Assembly (NCBI GenBank): GCA_017609525.1
Contig: JAFCDT010000002.1
Coordinates: forward strand, 4,885-68,884
Reading direction: 5' to 3'
Origin: Candidatus Woesearchaeota archaeon
GTDB lineage: Archaea; Nanobdellota; Nanobdellia; SCGC-AAA011-G17; JACPNG01
DNA length: 64,000 bases
A program made the translations under genes and the position numbers. Below are positions 9,616 through 20,302 of the stretch, one piece after another. The stretch's first letter is position 1, and each line of letters opens with the position of its first letter. The notes under the pieces are model-generated. The model did no database searches, was not told the origin of the DNA, and saw nothing but the letters and a program-made list of their open reading frames with translations.

Positions 9616-10302
9616 ATGGCACAAGCAATAAAAAGGCAAACAGCAGTAAAAATTTGGATTTCTAATCTCGTTAATGGTAACTATGTAAAGCAGGACGGGG
9701 ATTTTGAATCAAACTATGTTGAGGTCAATGGAAAACAAATTGGGAGAGTTAATATAATTGCCACTGTTGTTTTTAAGTTTCAAAGTGAAGATAACAATTA
9801 CCTGAGTATAACCTTAGATGATGGCAGTTGTCAAATAAGGGTTAAGGCTTGGAATGAGGCAACTGACTTTTTGAAAAATATAAATGTTGGGGATACAATA
9901 AATTTAATAGGAAGACCAAGAGAGTTCAATGAAGAAATTTACATTGTGCCTGAAATAGTTAAAAAAATAGTTGATCTTCATTGGGAGCTTGCTAGGAAAG
10001 CAGAATTGCTTAAGGAGTATGGAAAACCTATGAAGGTTGATTCCACAAAACAGAGCATGCCCCGAGAAAATACAAGGACAACTAAAGAGAGTGAAGTAGT
10101 TGAAGAAAAAGTAGAGGAATCAGAAAATAGGCAAAAAATTCTGGAATTAATTGAGAAATTGGGTGCGGAAGGAGGTGTTGAAACAGAAGAGATCACAAAA
10201 CAAAGCGGTATGGACAAGGACACTGTAGAAGAAGTTGTTTTGGAATTGCTAAAAAATGGTGAGATTTATGAACCCCGGCCTAATGTTTTAAGGGTTCTTT
10301 AA
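9616..10302 (+). CDS. OB-fold nucleic-acid-binding protein with C-terminal winged helix (RPA2/RPA32-like ssDNA-binding candidate)
   Basis: OB-fold-like core (VNGKQIGRVNIIATVV...ITLDDGSCQIRVKAWNE...GDTINLIGRPREFNEEIYI) plus an acidic linker and a wH-like tail (ILELIEKLGAEGGVETEEI...LLKNGEIYEPRPNVLRVL). Immediately downstream of mcm. Confidence 0.4.
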   Translation: MAQAIKRQTAVKIWISNLVNGNYVKQDGDFESNYVEVNGKQIGRVNIIATVVFKFQSEDNNYLSITLDDGSCQIRVKAWNEATDFLKNINVGDTINLIGRPREFNEEIYIVPEIVKKIVDLHWELARKAELLKEYGKPMKVDSTKQSMPRENTRTTKESEVVEEKVEESENRQKILELIEKLGAEGGVETEEITKQSGMDKDTVEEVVLELLKNGEIYEPRPNVLRVL

Positions 10303-10337
10303 AAACATTTATAAATTCAATTAAAATCTTTAGTTCT

Positions 10338-10745
10338 ATGAATTATGATGAATTATTAAAAAAAGCTAGAAAAGCCATGCCTAAAGGTGTAGCTAAGAAA
10401 GAAAGATTTGATGTCCCAAAGGTTAAAGGTCATGTGCAGGGCAATAAAACAGTAATTAGCAATTTTTGTCAACTTTGTGATATTTTTTGTAGAAATGAAA
10501 GCCATGTATTAAAATATTTACAGAGGGAACTTGCATCACCTGCCAGCCTAGATGGACCAAGGTTAGTTTTAGGAAGAAAAATCAGTTCGAGTCTTATTAA
10601 TGAAAAAATACAAAAATATGTTAAAGAATTTGTTCTTTGCAAGGAATGTGGTAAGCCTGATACAAAATTAATTGAAGAAGGCGGCGTGATATATGTAAAA
10701 TGCACAGCTTGCGGAGCCAAATACCCCATAAAATCTAAAATATGA
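10338..10745 (+). CDS. eif2b: translation initiation factor 2 beta subunit
   Basis: aIF2beta core plus a C-terminal C4 zinc ribbon CKEC...CTAC, 135 aa. Confidence 0.8.
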   Translation: MNYDELLKKARKAMPKGVAKKERFDVPKVKGHVQGNKTVISNFCQLCDIFCRNESHVLKYLQRELASPASLDGPRLVLGRKISSSLINEKIQKYVKEFVLCKECGKPDTKLIEEGGVIYVKCTACGAKYPIKSKI

Positions 10746-11029
10746 TCTTTGTCAAAACTCATAAGACTGAGGAAAGAGAAATTACAGCCATGTGTGATGA
10801 AGAGCTCTTGGGTAAATTTTTTGAAGATGGATCTTTATGTTTAGAGGTAAAAGAGAGTTTTTACAAAGGCAGGTTAGTTGACGAAGATGAAGCAGTCAAT
10901 ATCATAAAAAATGCAGACATATTAAACCTTGTTGGAGAAAGGGCTGTTGGCTTGGCTGTTAGGAGTGGAGTTGTGTCTAAAATCCATATAATAAAAATCA
11001 AAGGTATCCCCCATGCCCAGGTCATATAG
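10742..11029 (+). CDS. conserved archaeal small protein (DUF424-like)
   Basis: 95 aa, MIFVKTHKTEEREITAMCDEELLGK... resembles the archaeal DUF424 family often linked to translation-factor genes. 4-nt overlap with eif2b. Confidence 0.35.
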   Translation: MIFVKTHKTEEREITAMCDEELLGKFFEDGSLCLEVKESFYKGRLVDEDEAVNIIKNADILNLVGERAVGLAVRSGVVSKIHIIKIKGIPHAQVI

Positions 11030-11330
11030 GAAAGAATATTATGAAGCTGTAATTCAAATAAGACCTACTGATAAATCTGTTATTGATTTTATTAACAAAC
11101 AAATAGATAAAAGAGAGGATGTTTTTATTTCTAACATAATTAAAAAAAAATATGGAACAGATATCTACATAAGTTCACAAAAGTTTGCGAGAAGTTTAGG
11201 CAAGAAGTTAAAAAGCAATTTCAAGGGAGAACTAAAAATAAGTAAAACACTGCAGGGCAGGGACAAACAAAAGAGTAAATTAATTTATAGGGCTACTGTT
11301 TGTTTTAGGTGTAAACAAGAAGATTTATAA
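11013..11330 (+). CDS. hypothetical basic protein with C-terminal CxxC (possible NMD3-like fragment)
   Basis: 105 aa, YEAVIQIRP...GTDIYISSQKFARSLG...CFRCKQ. Overlaps the previous gene by 17 nt. Confidence 0.3.
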   Translation: MPRSYRKEYYEAVIQIRPTDKSVIDFINKQIDKREDVFISNIIKKKYGTDIYISSQKFARSLGKKLKSNFKGELKISKTLQGRDKQKSKLIYRATVCFRCKQEDL

Positions 11331-11353
11331 ATTTCACTAATTCTTTTTCTGTT

Positions 11354-11677
11354 ATGATAAAGAAACATGTTCCCCAAGAAGAATTTGTAAGAGTCAGATA
11401 TCCTAGAGGTAGAGAGGTAATAGGTACTTTAAAGCAAAGACTTGGAAGCAGCAGGATGAAGGTTGTTTGTATGGATGGCAAAACTAGGATTTGCAGAATT
11501 CCGGGAAGAATGAAAAGAAAGTTGTGGGTAAGGGAGGGAGATATTTTGCTGGTTGAACCATGGGAATTTGGTGGAGATGAAAAGGGGGATGTGGTTTATA
11601 AATATCGTCCAAACCAAGTAGCATTATTAAAGAAAAAAGGTTTAATTAAAGAAATAGAAGATCTAGAAGAATTTTAA
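11354..11677 (+). CDS. eif1a: translation initiation factor 1A
   Basis: S1-like OB fold (GKTRICRIPGRMKRKLWVREGDILLVEPWEF), 107 aa. Confidence 0.8.
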   Translation: MIKKHVPQEEFVRVRYPRGREVIGTLKQRLGSSRMKVVCMDGKTRICRIPGRMKRKLWVREGDILLVEPWEFGGDEKGDVVYKYRPNQVALLKKKGLIKEIEDLEEF

Positions 11678-11678
11678 G

Positions 11679-12203
11679 ATGTACCAAGAAGAAATAAATA
11701 TTCCCGAAGACAGGGTTGCAGTTCTTATTGGAAAAAAAGGAGAAACTAAAGCTGAGTTAGAAAGAAGGCTAAAGATTAGGCTTGAAGTGGATTCTAAGAC
11801 AGGAATGGTATCAATGACTGGAAGGGATAGTGTTGCTGTGTTTAATGCTAAGCCCGTTATTAATGCAATTGCGCATGGATTTCCTCCAGGCATTGCACTC
11901 TTACTTTTAAGAGATGGTTTTTGTTTTGAGATTATAGAAATAGAAAAGTTTAGCGGAAATTCAAAGAAAAAAATGATTAGATTAAAAAGCAGAGTCATTG
12001 GAACAAAAGGAAAATCGAGAGAAATGATTGAAAAAATGACCAATTGCAATATTTGTGTCTATGATAAAACCATTGGTATAATTGGGCAAGTTGAAAATGT
12101 TAATATTGCGAGATTAGCTTTAGTAAAATTACTTGGTGGTGCCCCACATGGTCATGCATATAAGTTGATACAGGATATGAAAATTAAAAACGAGATTAAA
12201 TGA
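11679..12203 (+). CDS. KH-domain RNA-binding protein, aDim2/Pno1-like
   Basis: Two KH-like segments (VAVLIGKKGETKAELERRL, SRVIGTKGKSREMIEKMT). Sits directly after eif1A as in the conserved archaeal eIF1A-(Rio)-Dim2 neighbourhood. No Rio kinase present. Confidence 0.6.
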   Translation: MYQEEINIPEDRVAVLIGKKGETKAELERRLKIRLEVDSKTGMVSMTGRDSVAVFNAKPVINAIAHGFPPGIALLLLRDGFCFEIIEIEKFSGNSKKKMIRLKSRVIGTKGKSREMIEKMTNCNICVYDKTIGIIGQVENVNIARLALVKLLGGAPHGHAYKLIQDMKIKNEIK

Positions 12204-12997
12204 TAGATTTAATAGTAAAAGAAATCAGAAAGAAAAAAGAATTTCAAAATTTAGATGCTCTTTTTGTTAAAAGTTTGATAAAAAAAGAATATGAAAGAGT
12301 TAAGGATGGTTTGATTGGACATGTTAATCCGAAAAAAAGTAAAGATTTTAAAAATATAATAAAAAATTCCAGAAAAATTTTACATGATATTTATGGTGTG
12401 TTTAATATTGATACTAAGAAAAGAAAAGAAATATTAGAAAAGATTAAGAAAAACCCACATAATAAAGATTTGCATAGGCATTTATTGGAAACACACAGAT
12501 CTAGTAAAGAAAGATTATTTTTTTATGAAAATTTATATGAAAAAATATTATCTAAAAAAGATAAAACAATTTTAGATATTGGGTGCGGGTTAAATCCTGT
12601 GAGTTGGATCTTTATGAAAAACAAACCTCAAAAATATATTGCCCTTGAATTAACTAATGAGGATTGTGCTTTTTTAAATGATTATTTTAAAGCTGTTAAA
12701 CTTAATGGTAAGGCATTACGAGTAGATTTATTGAAAGTAAAAAGTTTTGAGGCTGCTGATGTGTGTTTTATCTTTAAGGTTTTAGATTCTCTAGAAGAGG
12801 TTAAAAAAGGAATTAGTAAAGAAATATTAAATAAGCTACAATGCAAAAAAATCATTGTTAGCTTTCCTTCAAGAACTTTATCTGGCAAAGGAAGGATTGG
12901 TACAAGGAGATGGTTTGAAAGGTTAATTAAAAAGTTTGAAAAATTTGAGATAGAAAATGAGATATTTTATATAATAAATAAAGAAAATCTTTATTAA
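12200..12997 (+). CDS. class I SAM-dependent methyltransferase
   Basis: Motif I ILDIGCGLNP plus a downstream acidic motif. 4-nt overlap with the KH gene, suggesting an RNA methyltransferase partner. Confidence 0.55.
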   Translation: MIDLIVKEIRKKKEFQNLDALFVKSLIKKEYERVKDGLIGHVNPKKSKDFKNIIKNSRKILHDIYGVFNIDTKKRKEILEKIKKNPHNKDLHRHLLETHRSSKERLFFYENLYEKILSKKDKTILDIGCGLNPVSWIFMKNKPQKYIALELTNEDCAFLNDYFKAVKLNGKALRVDLLKVKSFEAADVCFIFKVLDSLEEVKKGISKEILNKLQCKKIIVSFPSRTLSGKGRIGTRRWFERLIKKFEKFEIENEIFYIINKENLY

Positions 12998-13021
12998 TGG
13001 GTGATTTGTTTCAGGGTTAAA

Positions 13022-14572
13022 ATGACAAAAACCAGAGCTGATGAATTAGCAAAAAAGCAAAGAGAAATTTCTATTTCTGAGTTTTTTACTAAAAATAGAC
13101 ATTTATTGGGATTTGATAATCCAATCAAAGCTTTAATGACTACAATAAAAGAAGCAGTTGATAATTCTTTAGACGCCTGTGAAGAAATGGGTGTTTTACC
13201 GGATATTTATGTTGGGATAAGACAATTATCAGAAGACAGATTTAAAGTTATTGTTGAGGATAATGGACCCGGTATTGTTAAGGAACAAATTCCAAAGATA
13301 TTTGCTAAACTATTGTATGGAAGCAAGTTCCATAAGTTAAGTCAATCAAGAGGGCAACAAGGAATTGGAATTAGTGCTTCTGTTATGTATGGCCAGCTAA
13401 CAACTGGAAAAAGTGCTAAGATAACATCTAAAACTGGGCCAAGAAAATCTGCACTTTTTTATGAATTACATGTGGATACTAAAACAAATGATCCAGAAAT
13501 CTTAAAGGATCAGGTTGTTGAATGGAAGAAAGACCATGGAACAAGAATAGAGATTGACCTTGAAGCAAAATATCAAAAAGGAAAGAGGGGTGTTGAAGAG
13601 TATTTGAAACAAACAGCAATTGCCAATCCCCATGTTACAATCACTTACAGCCCTCCAAGCGGAGAAGAAATTAAATTCTTAAGAGCTACTAAAGAAATGC
13701 CAAAGGAACCAAAAGAGATCAAACCACATCCTTATGGCGTTGAATTAGGTATGTTAATAAAAATGTTAAAAGATACTAAGGCCAAAACACTGCAATCTTT
13801 TTTAATGAATGATTTTTCAAGGGTTTCTGCCAAAGTTGCTAAAGAGATTTGTGAAAAAGCCAAGTTATATGAAAGATCAAGACCAGGCAGGATTGCTGCA
13901 CAGGAAGCAGACAATCTTTTCAAAGCAATTAAAAATGTAAAAATAATGAATCCTCCTACTAACTGTATTTCTCCTATTGGAGAGGATTTAATAATAAAGG
14001 GTCTGAAAAAAGAAATTAATGCAAGTTTTTATACTTCTGTTACCAGGCCGCCAAGCGTTTATAGAGGAAATCCTTTTCAAATAGAGGCTGGAATTGCTTA
14101 TGGTGGAGATTTACCTGGAGACGAACTTGTTAGATTATTAAGGTTTGCGAATAGAGTTCCCTTACTTTATCAACAAGGAGCATGTGCTATTACAAAGTCT
14201 GTTGTAAGTACACTTTGGAGGAATTATGGATTAAGTCAAAGCAGAGGGGCCTTACCTTCTGGCCCTTGTGTGATTTTGGTCCATATTGCTTCTGTTTGGG
14301 TGCCTTTTACTTCTGAGAGCAAGGAATCTATTGCCCATTATCCTGAGATTATTAAAGAAATTAAGCTAGCTTTGCAAGAATGTGGAAGAAGATTAGCCAG
14401 CCATATCAGGAAAAGGAAAAAAGCTGAACATGAAGCTAAGAAAAAAAGTTATATTGAAAAATACCTTCCTCATATCGGTGTTGGGTTAAGAGATATTCTG
14501 AAATTAAAAGAAAGTGAAGAGAAAAAAATGTTAAAGATTTTGAAAGATATTCTAGAAAGGAGTAGAAAATGA
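13022..14572 (+). CDS. top6B: DNA topoisomerase VI subunit B
   Basis: GHKL ATPase motifs [25 protein letters not shown], plus transducer domain. Start taken at ATG 13022 ([22 protein letters not shown]). Confidence 0.9.
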   Translation: MTKTRADELAKKQREISISEFFTKNRHLLGFDNPIKALMTTIKEAVDNSLDACEEMGVLPDIYVGIRQLSEDRFKVIVEDNGPGIVKEQIPKIFAKLLYGSKFHKLSQSRGQQGIGISASVMYGQLTTGKSAKITSKTGPRKSALFYELHVDTKTNDPEILKDQVVEWKKDHGTRIEIDLEAKYQKGKRGVEEYLKQTAIANPHVTITYSPPSGEEIKFLRATKEMPKEPKEIKPHPYGVELGMLIKMLKDTKAKTLQSFLMNDFSRVSAKVAKEICEKAKLYERSRPGRIAAQEADNLFKAIKNVKIMNPPTNCISPIGEDLIIKGLKKEINASFYTSVTRPPSVYRGNPFQIEAGIAYGGDLPGDELVRLLRFANRVPLLYQQGACAITKSVVSTLWRNYGLSQSRGALPSGPCVILVHIASVWVPFTSESKESIAHYPEIIKEIKLALQECGRRLASHIRKRKKAEHEAKKKSYIEKYLPHIGVGLRDILKLKESEEKKMLKILKDILERSRK

Positions 14573-15651
14573 ATAAGACTTTACTAAAGATTAAGCATTC
14601 GGCAAAGGATGTTTATGATAAAATTATGAAGAAACAAAAACCTATTATGAAGTTTCCTATTAGGAGTCTTAATAATGTTAAATATGATCCAAAAAAAGGT
14701 TATTTTGAATTGTTAGGTACTAAAAAAGTAAGAACTTTAACAGTTAATACTGTAAAAACTTTTGCTCAAACATTAAGGATGATGGCTTTGAGTAAAGAGG
14801 TTATTGAGAAAGATGATATTGCTACAAAAAGAGAGGTATATTATGTAAGTAAAAATTGGGAAGATGCTAAATTCAATGAACAACCTGAATCAGATACTGT
14901 GATGGATGATATTGAAGCAATGTTTGCTGTTAATAGGGAACAGCTAGGTTTTATTCCTGAAGAAAAAGGGGGAGATGTTGCTGGAAAATTAATTGTTATA
15001 GATAAAGATCCTACAAGTGGTAAAGGGGTAAGGATAGATTGTACTAAGTTTGGTTCTGGAGCTTATTCTGTTCCAAGCGATGTTGAAAACCTAAAATTTG
15101 AAACTAAAGCAAAATTTATTTTAGCTATTGAAACCGCAGGTATGTTTGAAAGATTAAATAGGCATCAGTTCTGGAAAAAACATAATTGCATTTTAATTTC
15201 AATGGGAGGAGTTCCTTCTAGGGCATGTAGGAGATTTATTAGACGGTTAAGTGATGAAAAAAAAATTGATGTTTATGTATTTTGTGATAATGATCCGTAC
15301 GGTCATATGAATATATACAGAACTTTAAAGGTAGGAAGTGGAAATGCTGCCCATATAAATGAATATTTTTGTGTTCCCAAGGCAAAGTATTTGGGGGTAA
15401 CACCTCAAGATGTTATCGATTATAAATTGCCAACCCACCCACTAAAAGATGTTGATATTAAAAGGGCAAAAGATGCTTTAAAAAACGATCCTTTTGTTCA
15501 AAATCATAAAGAATGGCAAAAAGCCTTACAATTAATGTTGAAAATGGGTGTCAGAGCTGAGCAGCAAGCTCTTGCTAAGTGGGGACTTAATTACGTAATA
15601 GAAAATTATCTTCCAGAAAAGTTAAAGAACCCTAAGAGTTGGCTTCCATAG
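14569..15651 (+). CDS. top6A: DNA topoisomerase VI subunit A (Spo11-like)
   Basis: CAP/5Y-CAP and Toprim domains ([20 protein letters not shown]...[11 protein letters not shown]). 4-nt overlap with top6B. Confidence 0.9.
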   Translation: MNKTLLKIKHSAKDVYDKIMKKQKPIMKFPIRSLNNVKYDPKKGYFELLGTKKVRTLTVNTVKTFAQTLRMMALSKEVIEKDDIATKREVYYVSKNWEDAKFNEQPESDTVMDDIEAMFAVNREQLGFIPEEKGGDVAGKLIVIDKDPTSGKGVRIDCTKFGSGAYSVPSDVENLKFETKAKFILAIETAGMFERLNRHQFWKKHNCILISMGGVPSRACRRFIRRLSDEKKIDVYVFCDNDPYGHMNIYRTLKVGSGNAAHINEYFCVPKAKYLGVTPQDVIDYKLPTHPLKDVDIKRAKDALKNDPFVQNHKEWQKALQLMLKMGVRAEQQALAKWGLNYVIENYLPEKLKNPKSWLP

Positions 15652-15664
15652 AAGGCTTTTTTGA

Positions 15665-16747
15665 TTATAGATCAAAAATAAATGAAACAAAATTTTTATT
15701 GTTGATTATTTTTGTTGTTTTTCCTTTTATTCCAGATATATTGCTTATTATTTTATTTCTAGGAATTTTATTTATTTCAGAAAGCCTCAAAACAACACTT
15801 TTGTTAATTAAATTATTTCTGAACTGATAATAGAGGGTTAGGTATTTCATATCTAATTCCTTTGCTAACTTTCTTTTGTTCGTGCCACTTAATAATGTTT
15901 TTTTAAATTTTTCTGAGACTTGAAAATAAAAAGTCATCTGTTTCATATGATTTAAGATAGTTTTCTTCTTTCTTTCAGAAAGACAGATAATACCTTTATT
16001 AAACATTTTCCAATAATTTGACCAACTAGTTATTTGAACTAAAATTTCATTTTTATCTTTTCTTTCTATTAAAGTAGAGGTTATTGCTTCTTTTTCAAGA
16101 CAACTTTTAATTAATTCTGCTAATTTTTTTTCTTTTATAAGAGATAAATGATACCCCATATAAACAATATAATTCTCTTTTTTCATGGTATTTATGCTTC
16201 CTTCTGCTGCAAATAATCCTGACAAAAAAGCCTTTCTTAATGTTGAATTCTCCGTAAACTTAGACTTTAAAATTTGTTTTGTTAATTCTAAAAAAAGGGT
16301 TCTTAGAATCCTACTACCAACTTGTATAGCTAAACATTCATTTTTATGTCTTCGAGATGCCTTCAATCTGATTTTTGAATCATCCAAAGCTAAGTAATTT
16401 TGCCAATTCTTTAGTGAATCTTTTTTAATTTTTCTTGTTCTAAGAGTGTAACTTATTTTATTTTTGTTTATTCCAAAGTATTTCTCGAAAAAATGTAAAA
16501 TATTCTGACAAAGATCTATATCTCTAGAAGTAAACTCCAAATGATATTCATCTTTACTAATTTTTCCATCTCCCAAATATAGTGCCCAACTCTCAATAAA
16601 TTTTGGAGTTATTTTGAGAGTTTTATTTAGAATCATTGGTTTTGGAGAATTTCCTCTACCTTTATTTTGATAATAAACTTTTATTTTCTTTCTTTGTTTT
16701 ATTATTTTCCATTCTTTAGGTAATAATTTTATTATGCTGATTTCCAT
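15665..16747 (-). CDS. free-standing double-motif LAGLIDADG-type homing endonuclease-like protein
   Basis: Two LAGLIDADG-like motifs (WALYLGDGKIS and LSGLFAAEGSIN) about 100 aa apart, a basic C-terminal extension, no flanking intein or host protein sequence. Confidence 0.5.
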   Translation of the reverse strand: MEISIIKLLPKEWKIIKQRKKIKVYYQNKGRGNSPKPMILNKTLKITPKFIESWALYLGDGKISKDEYHLEFTSRDIDLCQNILHFFEKYFGINKNKISYTLRTRKIKKDSLKNWQNYLALDDSKIRLKASRRHKNECLAIQVGSRILRTLFLELTKQILKSKFTENSTLRKAFLSGLFAAEGSINTMKKENYIVYMGYHLSLIKEKKLAELIKSCLEKEAITSTLIERKDKNEILVQITSWSNYWKMFNKGIICLSERKKKTILNHMKQMTFYFQVSEKFKKTLLSGTNKRKLAKELDMKYLTLYYQFRNNLINKSVVLRLSEINKIPRNKIISNISGIKGKTTKIINNKNFVSFIFDL

Positions 16748-17435
16748 ATTGGTTATTTAATATTAAACTTTATAAAGTTGTTGTTTTAGTTTACATATTA
16801 ACTAAGAAATTAAAAGATAAGAAAACATGGTTGCCTTAAGTATATACTACAATCTTAAACATTCGTAGTCTAATTTTTTATTGATCTTCTTCCATTCAAG
16901 GGTGCATTGGAACATTTGTTTTTTCATTAGAGGTTTATGTAATATTGACATAATATCTTTTTGTAAGATTCAGTTTATGATCCACATGTATTTACTATTC
17001 TGAAAAACACATTTATATGATCCTTTTTCCTTACCTAAATCAGAATCTTCGGTACATTTACTCCATTGGTTATTATAACAAAGATATTTTTTAGATGGAT
17101 TCAATGTATCAGAATTTAAACAATCTCCTTTAGAGGATACACAATCAGTTATCTCATCACAACAACCTCCTCCTCCTTGATCAAAATAATACTCATTGTT
17201 ATCATCTCCGCAACAGTTGGGTGTGCCAAAGTTGTTTTGATCATCAAATAAGTTCCAATCTTCAGCAACCTCTTTAACATACGGTGTCCAAGTTCCGATT
17301 ACTATTCTTTTTTCTCCATTTATTGTTATATGTCCATCATCACTTACTCCTACTGTGTAAGGGCTTGTTTTCCAATTACACCCGTATTGGGATAAACAAC
17401 TTTGTTTTGTTTGGTACTTCGAACATAATTCTGCT

Positions 17436-17627
17436 TTTCCAATGCAAGCTACATTAGAATTCCAACTGCAAAGCCTGTTTTGCTTACAGAAAGATTCTGA
17501 CTTTCTACTATCACAAGAAGGTGTTTTCCCTCCATTACATAAAGCATGTACAGTATTTTTTGCAATCATCGCTTCCACAGCATTGATATCTCTTCCACCA
17601 ATTGCATGGTTGTGCTTTTCCTGTACA
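17436..17627. repeat. near-identical direct repeat copy 1 of 3 inside the Cys-rich gene
   Basis: TTTTCCAATGCAAGCTACATTAGAATTCCAACTGCAAAGCCTGTTTTGCTTACAGAAAGATTCTGACTTTCTACTATCACAAGAAGGTGTTTTCCCTCCATTACATAAAGCA...CCACCAATTGCATGGTTGTGCTTTTCCTGTACA shared with the copies at 19469 and 19801. Confidence 0.8.
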
Positions 17628-19468
17628 ACTTCCTGGTGAAGATTGCCATGAACAGCTTTGTTGAGATTCACATAATGATTCAGAATTAAAAAACTCACAT
17701 GTTGTTGCAATCCCTTGACACAACTCGGCTGTTGTATCTTCAGTTAACTCTGTACTTGAACTTCTATAAATCTTATACACTTTAACCTCATACCTTTGTA
17801 AAGTTATTTCGATATTCTGAAGTTGTTTTGGTGCTCCAGAAGGAATACCTTCAACAATCTCTTGTACTTTCCATGTTGTCTCTGTTCTTTTAATCAAATT
17901 CTTAATTACGTAATTAATTTGTATTTGTTGGTTTTTATTATTTAATACGATAAAATAATAATCATCATTATATTTTTTAACCAAATACTCAGGATTGGGA
18001 ACATTTGGGTTTTTAGTTACCAATGCTGGGCGAGGATAACCTTTTGTTGGCCAATAATCAGAATATTTAGGAATGTTTTTATTAATGGTTTTTGCTAAAA
18101 ATATTTTTTCTAATAATTTAATTTCATTTGTTATTCTCTTAACATTCTGAGATACAGGACTTTTAATAAAAGAAAAATACATAATTCCATCTGCGCCGTG
18201 CATTAATGATTGATAAGCCATATTTTTCATTTCAATATAATCAGGGTAACTCTTCCAATCACCAGTCCAAGTTACATTCATTCCTTCTAAAATAACAAAG
18301 AAAGGTTTATTTTTTCCCTCCAACATTTCCTTCATTCTTTCGGTAGTATATGCAACGGAATTAATATCAACATTGCCAAAGAAAGATTTGGCACCAACGT
18401 GAAATGGGTAAATATCAATGCTCACAATATCTGCAGCATCTAAATGTTTGCTTACCATTTCAGGATATCTTGTTTCATAATTCAAAATACGTACCAAATA
18501 ATTTCCATAAACTGGACAGGAAGGACAAACTTCTTTAATTAAAGTATACCCATTTCTAAGTTCTGTTAAACTCTCTTGGGTGGGGAATACATTTCTACCC
18601 CACTTATAATTCCATCCAGAAGGTTCATCAAATCCAATAAAGGTAAATAGGTTAGAATCTTTTATGCATGAATTATAAAAATCCCTAAATTCATTTATTC
18701 TTTGTTGTCTTGTTAATGGAGACGGTTCTCCAGATTTATGGTCATGATCATAATATTTTGAAATTACATAAGCTCCGCCGACATTATTCTGTTTAAGACC
18801 ATTAGAATATCTTTCACACTTCTCCATAGATTCATAGGGCGGTCCCCACCATAAAAAGTCTATATTATATTTATTGCCTTTATAATCAAAATCATAATAA
18901 CTATCATCAGACCATCCAATTCCGCTGTCTCCTGGAGTCTTATCCTGTGCAGATAAACATGTGTTCCTATCTATATCCGGATCTTCTAAATTTGTTATTT
19001 CTGTCCATTTAATTCCTCCATCATTTGCACATATGTAACTTCCAGAAACTTTACCTACATCAGAATCTTCAGTGCATTTGCTCCATTTATGGTTGTAGCA
19101 ATGCCATCCAGTTGAACCTGTGTCAGAATCAAAACACTTACCTATATAATTTACACAATCAGTTATCTCATCACAACAAGCATCTTCTCCTTGAGTAAAA
19201 TAGTACTCATTACTATCATCACCACAACATTTAGGATTTCCAAAGTTATTTGTATCATCAAATAAGCTACCGTCAGGAGAATCATCACTCCACCCAACAC
19301 CATCGTCTCCAGGGGTTTGATCTTGAGTAGCTAAGCACATGCTTCTATCTGTGTCTGGATCGTTTCCTGTTGTTGCCCAACCACACCCTGATTGAGCTTC
19401 ACAAGTTAATGGATCAGAAAAAGCAGAACACATTAAAGGATTTCCTCCACAATATCCTCCAGAATTCT

Positions 19469-19667
19469 CCCAACTGCAAAGCCTGTTTTGCTTACAGAAA
19501 GATTCTGACTTTCTACTATCACAAGAAGGTGTTTTCCCTCCATTACATAAAGCATCACCAGGTCCACAACAGTTCTGTCCGTTGTATGTACAGTATTTTT
19601 TGCAATCTCCACTCCAACAGCATTGATATCTCTTCCACCAATTGCATGGTTGTGCTTTTCCTGTACA
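19469..19667. repeat. direct repeat copy 2 of 3 (carries a roughly 33-nt insertion relative to copy 1)
   Basis: Same sequence as copy 1 read by eye. Located at the junction of ORF pieces 19433-19699/19555-19995 and 17535-19433. Confidence 0.8.
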
Positions 19668-19800
19668 TGCATTGTTGTTGTGTGGAAAAAGCTGAACATG
19701 AATCAGGATTGCCCGTACAAGAACCCTCAGAAGAATGCCAGCTACATCCCATTTGAGATTCGCAATCTAATGGTGTCAGAAGGTTTGAACATGATTTGAC

Positions 19801-19964
19801 TTTTCCAATGCAAGCTACATTAGAATTCCAACTGCAAAGCCTGTTTTGCTTACAGAAAGATTCTGACTTTCTACTATCACAAGAAGGTGTTTTCCCTCCA
19901 TTACATAAAGCATACAGCATTGATATCTCTTCCACCAATTGCATGGTTGTGCTTTTCCTGTACA
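19801..19964. repeat. direct repeat copy 3 of 3 (carries a roughly 30-nt deletion relative to copy 1)
   Basis: Same sequence as copy 1 read by eye. Located at the junction of ORF pieces 19815-20204 and 19555-19995. Confidence 0.8.
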
Positions 19965-20302
19965 GGTGGCTTCTCCTTCCAGATCCCATGTGCATCCTTG
20001 TTGGTTAATGCAATCTGTTTGAGTTTTTATGTCTGCACAATTAACAGATGCTCCTGTGCAGTAACTGCCAGAAGTTGCTTTTCCAGTTAACCTCTCACCC
20101 ATATCAAATTTAGAGATAATCTCGAATAAATTCTGGAAATCAAAAGCTGATACAGAGAATACAAAAACGAGTAAAATGATTAAAGACAGTATTATTTTTT
20201 TCATTGGTCCCTTTTTTATTTTATCTACTTTTAACTAATGGTTAAACTTATTTAAATTTTTTGATAGAAAGTTATTTATTGTAGTCTTGCCTAAATGGAA
20301 GG

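Larger units (their letters stand above)
16970..20204 (-). pseudogene. large secreted cysteine-rich modular protein with a central glycoside-hydrolase-like region, split into at least five ORF pieces by frame changes
   Basis: N-terminal signal peptide (MKKIILSLIILLVFVFSVSA at 20204). Recurrent C-x2-Q-x2-C-x-W-x5-6-C-x-G modules and CCGDDxNEYYF...CCDEITDCV modules. Central 632-aa ORF carries DEP/TIM-barrel-like segments. ORFs 19815-20204, 19555-19995, 19433-19699, 17535-19433 and 16970-17710 abut in different frames. Confidence 0.5.

Noticed and set aside
7540-15651. Inteins in MCM, Topo VI or IleRS (common in archaea)
   Set aside because: Protein lengths are canonical (MCM 672 aa, Top6B 516 aa, Top6A 360 aa). 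No internal endonuclease or Hint motifs. The LAGLIDADG gene at 15665-16747 is a separate ORF.
19370-20090. Plus-strand ORFs 19370-19756, 19796-20008, 19887-20090
   Set aside because: Antisense shadows of the repeat-containing Cys-rich gene. They recur only because the DNA repeat recurs.
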